A stretch of DNA of 64,000 nucleotides, from positions 3,299,801-3,363,800 of the forward strand of contig OZ316891.1 in NCBI GenBank assembly GCA_973895155.1. Reading direction: 5' to 3'. This DNA comes from Marsupella aquatica. Lineage: Eukaryota > Plantae > Marchantiophyta. Positions 12,601 through 23,400 of the stretch are shown one piece after another; the stretch's first letter is position 1, and each line of letters starts with the position of its first letter. The notes below the pieces were generated by a model. That model made no database searches, was not told where the DNA came from, and saw only the letters and a list, made by a program, of their open reading frames with translations. Position numbers and translations under genes: made by a program.

Positions 12601-13400
12601 GAAAGAATAGTTGTCCAGCTTGAAACGCAGCAAGTAGTCGCCTTCCTCAAACCGAGGGAGCTGTTCGGCATCAAAGAACTCCACCACACGCTTCCCAGGT
12701 TTCTTCACGTGGTGCAACAACAGGTCACCGTCCTTGGGAGTAAAGAGCAGGTCTATTCTACCTGGCTGCCTTTGGGGCTTCTCAGGATTGCTTCTGGGTT
12801 CTGGAACACAATACTGCTTATCATTCTTGAGCGACCTCAGTAGTTGAAATCCACATCTAGGCCTTCTGCGAAATATTTCTCTAATGAGTTCTCCTGAAGG
12901 GGTGGTGAGGTGGATGTGGTGGCCTCGGAGACGTCTGTTTCTCAGGCTTCTACCTCGAGCTTGGCTGGAGCCTATTTGTGATATAAGTGTTTGCAGAGAA
13001 AATGATAAAGTTAAGGGTGGTTGAGTAGTAGGCTGTCCAATGTCACTGCTACTATCCGAGGGCTGCAGCTGTGCCGGTTGCTGCTGGTGGGGGGTTGATT
13101 CTACAGGTAGAAGCGTGAATTGATGTTCTATTGGACTGCTTTCCTCCTCCTCCTGCTCACTGGAAGAGTCTGATAACTCTAAGTCGTCCAGACTAGAGCT
13201 AGCAGACTCCGTGGTACTGTTGTCCATCCTTTCTGTCCATGTATTACGTCACTTGCTTCTCTCGAAATCTTAATGTTGGGGCAATGCTTCCCTCATAAGT
13301 TTTTGGCTCCACGTTGGCATTCCTAAGCAACAGTCATCTACATTTACAGGCCATATACTCCTACTTAATGTGCATTATCCAAATTCCTAAACATCAAGTA
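9620..13400 (-). pseudogene. Endogenous viral element copy 1: decayed Mononegavirales-like L protein (RdRp through capping/PRNTase region)
   Basis: CRHAFVDF (~11997) and HKFPF match copy 2 (CRAFVCF, RKFPF). Frameshifted motif B-like G*IY/GY-RQLW at ~11740-11710 and CR IV-like KIMADRNSW at ~10793. WLG../MKAKI (GxxT region, 10283), QIATLLNWCTLGSTL (10172) and YSQNI-H(C) (10056) resemble filovirus-type ELASRLTWVTQGSSN...YSGNIVHR. Many stops and frameshifts; boundaries approximate. Confidence 0.7.
12505..13227 (-). CDS. ORF A, intact intronless 240-aa protein of unknown function overlapping EVE copy 1
   Basis: Uninterrupted ORF: Ser/Glu-rich disordered N-half, Arg-rich linker, and ~115-aa C-domain homologous to ORF A' with synonymous third-position differences. 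Confidence 0.75.
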   Translation of the reverse strand: MDNSTTESASSSLDDLELSDSSSEQEEEESSPIEHQFTLLPVESTPHQQQPAQLQPSDSSSDIGQPTTQPPLTLSFSLQTLISQIGSSQARGRSLRNRRLRGHHIHLTTPSGELIREIFRRRPRCGFQLLRSLKNDKQYCVPEPRSNPEKPQRQPGRIDLLFTPKDGDLLLHHVKKPGKRVVEFFDAEQLPRFEEGDYLLRFKLDNYSFVQHSFVTTRGYLYHHGNWVYLGKYANQMELA

Positions 13401-14589
13401 AATGCAGCAGGGCTACATTGGAAATCAAGAGATTGTTTTCCAATTTGCCTCCGAGCATAAAATTTGACGTTGACCAATGCAATTATCACATATTTACTTT
13501 AAAATCAAATTTTTAGCTCATTGCATGAAAAACTCAGGATGACTGGGCAATTCTAGAAATTTTATTTCAAATTTCTCTGGAAGTAAAAAGTTAGGGATGT
13601 CTGACATTCGAATTGAACATTCTTTGATTTCAGCTTTTGGTGTGTCATTATCTCGATTTTGAAGTCTTTTGGGACAAAAAGTGCAAAGTACATGACCATG
13701 AAAAGTATTTATTATAGAGAATCCTAAGAAGTTACATGCAGTGGAATGGGAAGCAAAGGGGAGGTCAGACTTCTACAATTGGGCAGAGATGACATTTGGT
13801 ACATGCTTGTTTGATTTAAAACTGAGCCAGGTAACTTGGATCGCATCCTTTAATGGGCAATTGCATCATCTGATTGACATTACAGCCAACTTCCTTTCCC
13901 AAACAACACTATGGGGCTGAATTTAGATTCGTAGAGTGGCTATTTCAAAGAATAAACTGGGAATTTGCTCTTCATCTTCATTCCAAAAGAGAGCACATTT
14001 CACCTTGTTGATGATTTCTCCCTATTCAGCCCTCTAATACAGACCTTCAGATCTAAGATTTTTTTTTAATCCTCCCTCACACCATATTCCAATCAGGGGA
14101 GAAGGAGCTGATGGGGTGGGGAAACAAGGGTTGGTTGATTACTTACTGCAAGGGATCTGGAGCAAGAACTACACCAATAAGTTCCATGATATATGAAATT
14201 GCTATGGGTATCTGTTTTCATCCAAATGCTTAATCCTGGTTTGGACCAATTGGTCCTCTACTGGAAGAAAAAGGGTTGATATATTACTTACGGCAAGAGA
14301 TTTGGGACATAAGTGGATCAATACCTACAAAATGTGAGCTCCCCGTCTCCAGAGGCAGGAATTGGCCATGGGTTTTGTGTTTCCATCGCCGTGGTGAATC
14401 CTGGTGTGGATTGCTTGCTGCTCTCGTGGTGGGATTCTGGTCATTCAGACAAGTAGGTAATGAGCCTTTTACTAACTTTTGTAGAGGGCCACGGAGTCAA
14501 AGGTGAACAGGTGCATCCTGAAACCAAAGGGCATGTGCCTCCAAACAAATTCACTTTTGTGACGCTCTTGCCAGATTTGCTCCAAGGCT

Positions 14590-14865
14590 TTTCAGTTTAC
14601 TCTTCATTAGGGCTTTAGTTAGTTTGCACTTAGTGGGGACACTTTCAGGTTTGGGTGTTTTTCCTTGTTTTCTCCTCTTCATGGGGGTCTCATGCTTTTG
14701 AGGTCCTGTTTCCTAGTTTGGATTTACTGCAAAGCTTTGCACTTTACTCTGCAGTAGGGCTTTAGTTAGTTTGCACTTAGTGGGGACTCTTCAGCTTTTG
14801 GGGGCTTTTCCTTGTTTTCTCGCTTCATGCAGTCTCATACTTTTGGTATCCTGTTTCGAGGTTGG
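14590..14865. repeat. Diverged tandem duplication of ~145-bp unit
   Basis: TAGGGCTTTAGTTAGTTTGCACTTAGTGGGGAC occurs at ~14608 and ~14755, with similar downstream sequence. Confidence 0.75.
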
Positions 14866-16116
14866 CATATCTTCTTTGGCAGCGTGATATGTACAATAGT
14901 GTACCTTTGCCTCATATTTTCTCTCCACAAAGCCAGGAACCAATGAGATAGCTAATGGTATTTCTAACTCGATGTACCAGATCAACCAGTCAAGTAGTGC
15001 TATGGCATACTTGCCAATCAATGTTTTAATATCTAAATATTATTATTTGGGCAAATGGAGGCTTTCAGTAAGCAGGAGGTCCTGAGTTCAAGTGTCAGTT
15101 GGAGCCTGTTTTTTAGTGGATCCAATCAGATGACTGTGTATCTCATCACTTTAAAGTATACGACGTCATCTGAACGGTGATGGAAACCCAGCACAACATC
15201 TTGTACTTGGGTTTCTTTCATCATGTGAAAGGCATCCACCTCCAAGACTCAATGTAAAATTAAAATTGTCAGCAAACTATGAGGGTTTGTTTGTTTACTT
15301 GTTAGGTGGGGGCAGAGAGGGATGGCGGTTTTCTTAGGAGCTTCAGCTTGATGTTACTTTATTGTCTTCTTTCAAGAGGCACCCTCTTTGCCTATGAAAG
15401 GGACACTTTCAATTATATAGAACATTGTCACAAAACAAAATGCATCAAATCTAGGGCAGGAACCCTAAGACAGGAGACCCAATAAAGAGAAGAAAACAAG
15501 AGAAAACCCCTAGAAAGACCAGAGACCCAGAACAGAATCCACCATACAATTTGTTTAAAATTAAAACAAAGAACTAGAAGGAAAGATATTATGGCACTTG
15601 CTATTGAATTGAATAAGAAGGGATTGAAATCGTGTGCTCGACAAGATGTCAGACCGGGAACTTCATCATGTGTGGCAGCGACATGTACCAGATGAAGTAT
15701 TTCAATGATTCGAGTGCAGGTTGACAAAAACAACTTACCTGAAAACAAAATCCCTGTCCGGACATATACGGAAATTACGCTACCTAATTCAATGGCGAAG
15801 GTCAAAGAACGCCCCAATTGACACTTCTCAGTCCAAGACAGTCACGTAACAAGCGAAGAAATCAAAAGATTCCAGTGAAGAAACAATAGATCAGTGCAGG
15901 AATGATAGTACAACATTACACTGAACGGCTACTTCTCTCCTCGGACTCGTGCAGGACTCTCAGAATTCCCACAGAATCACCTCTGATTTGCACTGAAAGA
16001 CTTCAGCAATTTAAGAACTCTAAACTCCTAACAACAACCCCCTTCCCTCCTTTTAAAGTCTTTTGTAACTGGCTACATGGTCTATAAAAAATTTAATAAG
16101 CTACAAAATCGAGAAC

Positions 16117-18597
16117 TTAGAATCGCTCTCCAAATCTTACATATAGCGCACCAATACCCGTGTTGCAATCCTTGACATATTCAGACCTGATAGTGCCCAG
16201 CTTTACCCCAACACCGTATGAGGCTCCACTGCCAGCCCGTCTGAAATATTCAGTTGGATTTCCCCTCACGTCCTTCGAGCTTCCCAGGTCAGTTCCATAC
16301 TCCACAAACGCATAAGTATGTGTATTCCTAATAGGGATACGAACTTCGGTAGCAACCTCCAGGAACTTTCTGCAGGCAGCCAGTTCTCCAATACTGTAGC
16401 CTCGTACAGAATACGGGCCACCTAATGTGTATGCATCATAGGTTGCAAGATCTCCCACGCATCCACCATAGCGACCATGAAGTACCAACACGGGAGGTGG
16501 TTTCAATTGATCCTTTGTGTCTTCCGGTTGCAGCTGGATAAAGTGGGAGAAGGTAAGTTGATGGCGGTTAAAAAATGGGAACTTGCTACCAAGTCCGAGT
16601 CCTTGATCCCACTGGAATATGTTGCGATTTCCAATCGGTGTACCATTCACAAACCGCGTGTTGTCTCGGGTAATATTGCCTTGAAGGAAAGCAACACGGT
16701 CAATTCCCGTATCACTATGTGTGGTTGGGGGACCTTCCATAGACAGTGCCCCACTGGGGAGAGTTCTAGATCCGTTGGTGCAGATGGCACTTGTTTCATC
16801 TCTTGTAGTGACCTCTTCCACAACAAAACCGTACGTAAATTTACTTTGCCGTGTCAAGTTCTCAGTCAAATTTGCTTTAAAGCCAGCTCTATCCACCCAA
16901 ATGGCTGGTACTTCGTCTTGGCCAGCTCCACCAGTGAACACAGCACTTAGTTTCCGACTATTGAAACAGCTTGCTCGAAATGTGCGGTTCCGGGGGTCAT
17001 CTACTCCATCGACGTAAGGGTGGACGTATTCTGCCTTGAAGCCCAGATCATCTTGGGGATTTAGCAAGTTACTGGAGGTGACGCAGCCCAGGATGGAGCG
17101 ATTCAACCCATACAGGTTACGGTGCTCAAAAGTAACGCTTCCGCCGGGTCGAATTGAAGCCAGAGTCGGGCGACCAGAACTTCCAGGGACGACACTCCAC
17201 TCGGTACTTACTTCAGCTGTTTTCTGCTCGAGCTCCTTCAGCTTCACCTCAACAACAATACCACCATCAGTCTCCTCATCAGGCCTCGGGTTGACTTCAA
17301 TGTTGGAGAACAAGGCCAGCCCATTTACATTCCTCAGGGCTTTCTTGCCTGCCTCAATATTAAATACTTGACCAGGAGTGAGCTGGTCTGGTAACTCCCT
17401 GCCTATAATTTCCATCTTAGTTACACCCTCACAAGAAACACCCATCTTGTCCAGAAATTGAATCTGCAATTTGGTAATGTCTCCCTCCACAACCTCGCAA
17501 ACTACCTCGTTCGTATTCAAATTCCCAAAATTCACTACTTGGGCACAGGCATATCCTTCCTCGTGGTACCACCTCTGAACCCTGTCTCTAATTCTTTGAA
17601 GCATCCGGGCAGTGACCCTAGTTTCGGTTCGTAGCCAGCCGGAGATCTCTCGCTCGACACTCTTCGGTAACATGCAGGGTCTAGCTCTCCTCAGACGGCT
17701 CTTATATTCCTCTTCCTGCACCTTGGCCATTTCCTCTCGCTGCTGATCCGTCATACTCGTTTCAGTCTCAGGCAGACGGCTCTGAGAAAGCAATCCAACA
17801 TTAACACATCTGAATGAGTCTGCAGGTTGCCATTGGCTCTCCACAAACGAAATCTGCATTTTCAAGGTTCCGTCGGCTTGCGTCAACCCTTCCATTTCCA
17901 CAGTTTGGAACATACCACAATTCAGTAAGTTCTCCACCTCAGATTCAAGCTGTGCCTTAGTAGCAATCCCTCCCGGGCGCAATGTGACCAGCTCATAGAA
18001 TGGGTCCTTTACATTAACAGGCTGCTTGGTCCGCTTATCTATCAACTCCACGCCTGTGACCTTATATTTCTTATTAGGATTCAGCTTGCTTACATGCACT
18101 TTGATGTCCACTCTCAAACCGTGGGGATCAAAACCCTCAGACTCATCACTAGCAAAGGCCAGACCTACATTGTCAAAAATTGAGGACCACCCGTTTCCAC
18201 CACCTCCACCACCTCCACCACCACCACCACCTGCACCTCCACCGTCTCCTCCCCCACTACCTCCGCCAAAACCACCACCCAGGATAGAGACAATGGAAAC
18301 AGCACCAAGCCCCGAAGTCACTCCCGCTACACCAGACAGAACCTTACGCCAGTCTACAGACTTGGAGAGCAAACTAATAGACGATATCTTTGGGGACGAC
18401 CGCCTAGCCCCCCGCGCCCCTCTTGGCTCTGAAGAAGCTGAGGACGGGCCCCGCAAACAGAAGAATCTGAACGCTGGAGTATGCAAGGCCTGCATAGCTG
18501 AATATTTGTCTATCTGCGCTTCTCTACCAGAAAACTGCTGGAGCAATGTGCTCCCACAGTAAATCCCCGTCAAAGTTCCACATGTGAGTCTCTCCAT
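16117..18597 (-). CDS. TOC75: Chloroplast outer envelope protein import channel Toc75 (Omp85 family), single-exon CDS
   Basis: 826-aa ORF with bipartite transit peptide and poly-Gly stretch, POTRA region (RDRVQRWYHEEGYACAQVVNFGNLNT), LGGPYSVRGY motif and C-terminal RFGERF. Confidence 0.95.
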   Translation of the reverse strand: MERLTCGTLTGIYCGSTLLQQFSGREAQIDKYSAMQALHTPAFRFFCLRGPSSASSEPRGARGARRSSPKISSISLLSKSVDWRKVLSGVAGVTSGLGAVSIVSILGGGFGGGSGGGDGGGAGGGGGGGGGGGGNGWSSIFDNVGLAFASDESEGFDPHGLRVDIKVHVSKLNPNKKYKVTGVELIDKRTKQPVNVKDPFYELVTLRPGGIATKAQLESEVENLLNCGMFQTVEMEGLTQADGTLKMQISFVESQWQPADSFRCVNVGLLSQSRLPETETSMTDQQREEMAKVQEEEYKSRLRRARPCMLPKSVEREISGWLRTETRVTARMLQRIRDRVQRWYHEEGYACAQVVNFGNLNTNEVVCEVVEGDITKLQIQFLDKMGVSCEGVTKMEIIGRELPDQLTPGQVFNIEAGKKALRNVNGLALFSNIEVNPRPDEETDGGIVVEVKLKELEQKTAEVSTEWSVVPGSSGRPTLASIRPGGSVTFEHRNLYGLNRSILGCVTSSNLLNPQDDLGFKAEYVHPYVDGVDDPRNRTFRASCFNSRKLSAVFTGGAGQDEVPAIWVDRAGFKANLTENLTRQSKFTYGFVVEEVTTRDETSAICTNGSRTLPSGALSMEGPPTTHSDTGIDRVAFLQGNITRDNTRFVNGTPIGNRNIFQWDQGLGLGSKFPFFNRHQLTFSHFIQLQPEDTKDQLKPPPVLVLHGRYGGCVGDLATYDAYTLGGPYSVRGYSIGELAACRKFLEVATEVRIPIRNTHTYAFVEYGTDLGSSKDVRGNPTEYFRRAGSGASYGVGVKLGTIRSEYVKDCNTGIGALYVRFGERF

Positions 18598-18618
18598 GGC
18601 GAAATGTGGGCGAACAAA

Positions 18619-18693
18619 TCAAACATAGACCTCACAATCGTCCAAAATCCCACCGTTCATCCCCGTTGAAGTTCCGTATGTGAGCCCTTCCAT
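18619..18693 (-). promoter_or_regulatory. 24-codon uORF (MEGLTYGTSTGMNGGILDDCEVYV) created by a 96-bp tandem duplication of the TOC75 start region
   Basis: 18565-18650 and 18661-18746 are near-copies. Both ATGs sit in TTTCGCCATGG. The uORF stop TGA at 18621-18619 is in frame with TOC75. Confidence 0.7.
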
Positions 18694-19539
18694 GGCGAAA
18701 TTGGGGCGAACAAATCAAACACAGACCTCGCTGCCGTCCAAAATCCTGACTACATACCTCCCTGCGGAAGCCTGCTCCCTCTGAAACAAGCAGAGTAACA
18801 ACAAGCAACACATTCACCGTCAAGACATTATAAACCCTCGAGCTCCTAAACCCTCGAACCCCTCACTCAGTGCACACCAACCTCTAATTGACTATGGAGA
18901 GGATCCCCATTTTCCCTCTCCGTCAAATAAGAAGCACTGCAATGACGATGTTGTTCATCTTACGTGCCGCCCAAAAGCCCTTAGGAAATCTGATACCCAT
19001 TACTGATTAAGAATCGAGAAGATAAGACCAGATCCATTGATGATGCCCCCCTGGGACCGAAATTGCATCTTCTGTATTGGCATCCATTGGAACTGCGGCC
19101 GTCACGCATGTAAGAGCTTCAAGGTTCATTGCGTAGTAAGAACCTGGAAGGTAAGACCACCCTATTGGTGGTGCTCCCCTCGGACCCTAATTTTGCATCC
19201 TCTGTATGGGATATCCCATTGTGGATGTGGGCGTTACGCGAGTACGAGCTTCAAGCTTCATGGGGTAATTGAGTACAAAGATAGAACCCTTAGGACTGCA
19301 AGCTGATTTTAAAAGGACGATTGACGGACGTGAAGCAAAGGAGACACTGGGAATCATCCATATAAAGTACACATTGGCTGGCACGGACGGTTTTCGACAC
19401 GCACAAGTTGAAGCTACTACTGCAGAGGTGCAAGTGAAAGCAAACCATTCAATCCAAGTAACATATATTCGCTACAGAATGGGGTTTGGGTTTAAAAAGT
19501 CGCAAGGGACATACGTTTTTTATGGCCGACGAACTGGCT

Positions 19540-20430
19540 GTATCTCCCTGTGCACTCTGTCTCCCCTCCCGTAAATGGCTCGGCTCCTCCTTAGGGTCCA
19601 GACCGCTCTGTCATCGTCACTCCCATTGGCAGTTCCTGCCTGCAATAACGACCATAGAAGGATTCCCACGTCCCAGTGCCAAGTGAGAAACGTTTTCTCA
19701 GGCCTTCGTCAGTTCAACATTTTATCCATCCATCCATCCATCCACTATAATACTCTTGCCAGCGAACTAACAATGAAGGAAACAAAACCACAGGTATCAA
19801 CCAATCCGACCCTCTGTTCCCCATTTCATCCAAAACCCTCATAAGACAAGCAATCCTTCCTTCCTCCATCACCGTCATCATCATCCTCCTGCTCATAGCC
19901 GAAACACGACCAACGACATACCCACTCCCCAATGCCTGGCCCCTCCATACTGCGCTACGCATTCAAACGGACGCATGCACGCCATGATCGAGCAAACGAT
20001 TCTGCAATTTGCAACACTACTGCTACACAATCTCGATTGCATGAGGGTTTGGATTGGCGGATAGGCATTACGCCACGTCCAGACCTGGAGCTGCGAGGGT
20101 GCGAGGAATGAAGGATGGATGGGACGGATGGAGAGAGAAAAGGAAGGTGAACGGACGGGTACCTGGCTTCCGTGCAGCAACAGCAACAGCAACAATGTAG
20201 TGCCTCTCTGCCAAGAAGAAGATGAATGCCCGATGAATGCCCGAGGGAGCCGGTGAGAAGCCTCCAGCAATCTGAGCCAAGCCGTCGGGAGGAGGTGATC
20301 GTTGCACCCACCAATCTGATTCGGCTTTGAAGCTCAAGATTTATCTCCTCGAAGGGATTCTGTGAGAGGAGAGGGAGAGAGACACAGAGAGACAGAAAGA
20401 GGGAAAAAAAAGTTCTGTGTGAGAGAGAAA
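19540..20430 (-). other. Probable small spliced transcript (lncRNA or short-peptide gene)
   Basis: CT-rich 5'-UTR-like start (~20430-20360), plausible GT-AG introns (~20162-20091 and ~19922-19641), only short ORFs. Confidence 0.3.
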
Positions 20431-23400
20431 GAGAGATGTTCAGCAAGAAATCAAACGAGCACCGAAATTCATGTTCTCTTAGTTTCTAATTTTTTTCCAC
20501 GTGTAGTTCACGATGGAGCATATTCTTTTGGTTCTTTATGTCGTCCGTCGATATTTGTAATCGGAGGTCAGGGGATTTTGGTGGTTTTATCTACAGTACT
20601 TTAGATATTTTCGTGGAATTGATTTAATTGAAGTAAAAAGTCCACAAAGTTTGGAGGGAGAGAGAGACGCCTTGAGGGCGGATGATAGAGTACCCAAGAA
20701 GAAATCTCTATAGAGTAAACCTGTCTATATACTCGTCCTTCATTTTGCATGCAACGTTCGGAGTATCTAAACTAAACTTATCCTTGTACTCGTGGGTCAT
20801 TTTCATGCATCCATTGAGAGATATAATTAGTGGACCTCTGGGGAGAGAATTCCAAATTCCACCTTCCGTGCACCAAAAAGTTCATTTCTCTCTCAATGGA
20901 CCTCGGGACCTACCAATGGTACCACTTTGTGTCAAAAAAATTCTTATATCACAGTTTTCAATCCTTGTAACATGAGAAATCCATTGTCAATCCCATAATC
21001 ATCTACCGCCTTCGTTGTGTCCAGTGCATTAGGTTGGCTACATGCAAGTCAAACAGCAGTAGCCCCAAGTGAGAAACAGCATGTCATATTTAGAATGTGT
21101 ATATAATGACCACAATCTTATTATAAAGTGCAAACAAAGTCTACTCTTAAGGGCCTAGGGTCTAGAATGAAGCCTCTAGACCATTACCCTTACTAGAGAC
21201 AAATATGATCTTAAATGTCAATAATGTTTTTTAAAATAAAGATGGACAAAAATGATATTGATTCCAAATAAAGAAAACTGAAATGAGAGTGGAAAAAAAC
21301 AAGGATGGGGCAAAGATTACTGAAATAGCATAGAAATTTTATTATGCAAGATTTTTTCTTCATATTTATTTACGTTCATGGAATGGGTAATAGGGCTAGT
21401 GTTTACAAATAATCATTGGCCTGATAGAAGTTAGGTCAAACCTATTGAAAATGGGAACATAAAGATCATGTTCAAGTAAACTCTACACATCATGGACAAC
21501 GTATTCTCCTAACTGACATGGCCAGCTTTGTCCATGTGCATAGAGAGAATAGAAAAGATTTTTAAAATTGATCTCCTCCCAGTAGACTTTAAATTCTTTT
21601 TCACGTTACTATAAATCGTCCCTTTCAACTCAAAACTCTAATTTGTATAACTGTTCTCTTTCTATACTTTAACTTTACTTGAATGAGGCTATTGTGTGTC
21701 CAAATGTAATGTGGGGTCTACTTAGATTTTCTAGTCAGATCCACGTACCCATGATAGCCACATGTCAACTCACACTCAATCTCCAATGACCTCAAGATTA
21801 TAATCTTTTTATGGATGTTAGTGCATGAGTCTAAGTCTGAGTGGAAGAAGCCCATCCCTACCTCAAGCTAGGATATCCTCTTTATTCTTCTTTCACAGAG
21901 CTTATGGGCAAGCAAAATTAAGCTTTAAATCCAAGGGTCATAATGAGTTCCCTCCAAAAATGTATTCATGCATTTTGTATGCAGACTATGAGTACCAAAA
22001 GGCAGAGTTGTATATTATAGTGAATGAATCAATGTTGATGAACTTGGTGATATGGGCTCGTGCTCATTTGGCTCTATTCATGTGTTTCATCCCTTTGGAT
22101 CATCAGGTTGGCCTGAAGGACTTATGTTTTGTTGAACCCTCCAGTGATCGTAGGCAAACCTACGGTTCCCAATATGCTCCAGAAGGTACCCAAAAGGAAG
22201 TTTACTTGGAGGTTGCAGTCCTCGCATTAGGAGTCTCTCTCCTTGTCTCATTCTCTGTGAGTTTTGGATCCACGAGGATGAAGCAATGCAAGGGATTTGC
22301 AGGCTGTGCACATTGCTCTGCCTGCAGTTTAAACCAATGTTTTTTTAGTGGCAAAAATTTGCTAGATTTCACCTTCCCAAAAATCCTTCGCCACTTTTGG
22401 CAAAAAATTGCTACTATTTTGCTGGCTCATTAGCCAGTGTTTCACCTAATCCCAGGCCCCATCAGCCAGAATCTAGCGGTCAGCCTTAAATCTAGGGAGA
22501 TCTAACTTTCAGGAAATAATTGAATAGAGAATCTTTTGAGCATCTTCTCCCTCACACACTTTACATTTGCCACTCTGGCTAAAAAGTGAAATCCTTAAGA
22601 AATACGCTGGTTTAAACTCTGTCATCACATTGTTGTTGGGCCATTTTCCTCGCAGCTAAGGTCCTCAAGGTCAAGTTGCCCAAAAATAGGAAGGTCTGGT
22701 GGCAAGAATTTGAAGTTACCCAATAACACTTAGAAGGTATACGTCTTCAGTGACCTGTGAGCAGGTTGTACTGAATCCGGGACTGAATCCCAAGTATGGT
22801 CACGGTCATGAAAACTTGCTAGACCCTTTCCATATTTGTCTTAATCAAAGCTATGGAAAATGACTCTCTTTGCGTTTAGGTGCCTTGCGCTACAAACGAT
22901 TTCATGGATGGTTCTCCAGTGCGGACTGTTTGAGAATCTGTGATTTGTTGAGACTGGTTTGGATTTACATATGCACTTTCCTCACCCATCTCTTGAATGA
23001 TCTGTTCGCTCTCGTGTTGTCTATCACTTGAATTGTATGACCTTTCTCTGTTTTCCTTTGAAGTCTGTATAACGTACAAGATAAGCACCATCCTCACCAC
23101 CCCTCACCTGATATAGAGGAGGGCCATTGTTTCAACTTTGCCCTTCGTTAACAGTAGTGCTGCATTGCTTTGTTACCCACCTCTGAACCTGTTGTAACCA
23201 CATCCTCCCCTATTCTCCACAGATCTTGGCAATATATACGTGGCCCAAGATGAAGATGGATGGCTATCAGGAATTCCTCCATTGTTGTTTTGTGTCCCTT
23301 TCCTTGCAGGAGCACAAATACTCATACTTTACAGGACAGAGCAGCATCAACTTTTGATCTTCATGTCTGTAATCCCGTGCTGCACACTTGGCACAGGGAG

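Noticed and set aside
16477-18562. Several + strand ORFs, including a poly-Pro one
   Set aside because: Antisense shadows of TOC75; poly-Pro mirrors the poly-Gly tract.
19893-20042. IVCSIMACMRPFECVAQY resembling the SAC51 conserved uORF peptide
   Set aside because: Similarity is weak and no downstream bHLH main ORF is present.
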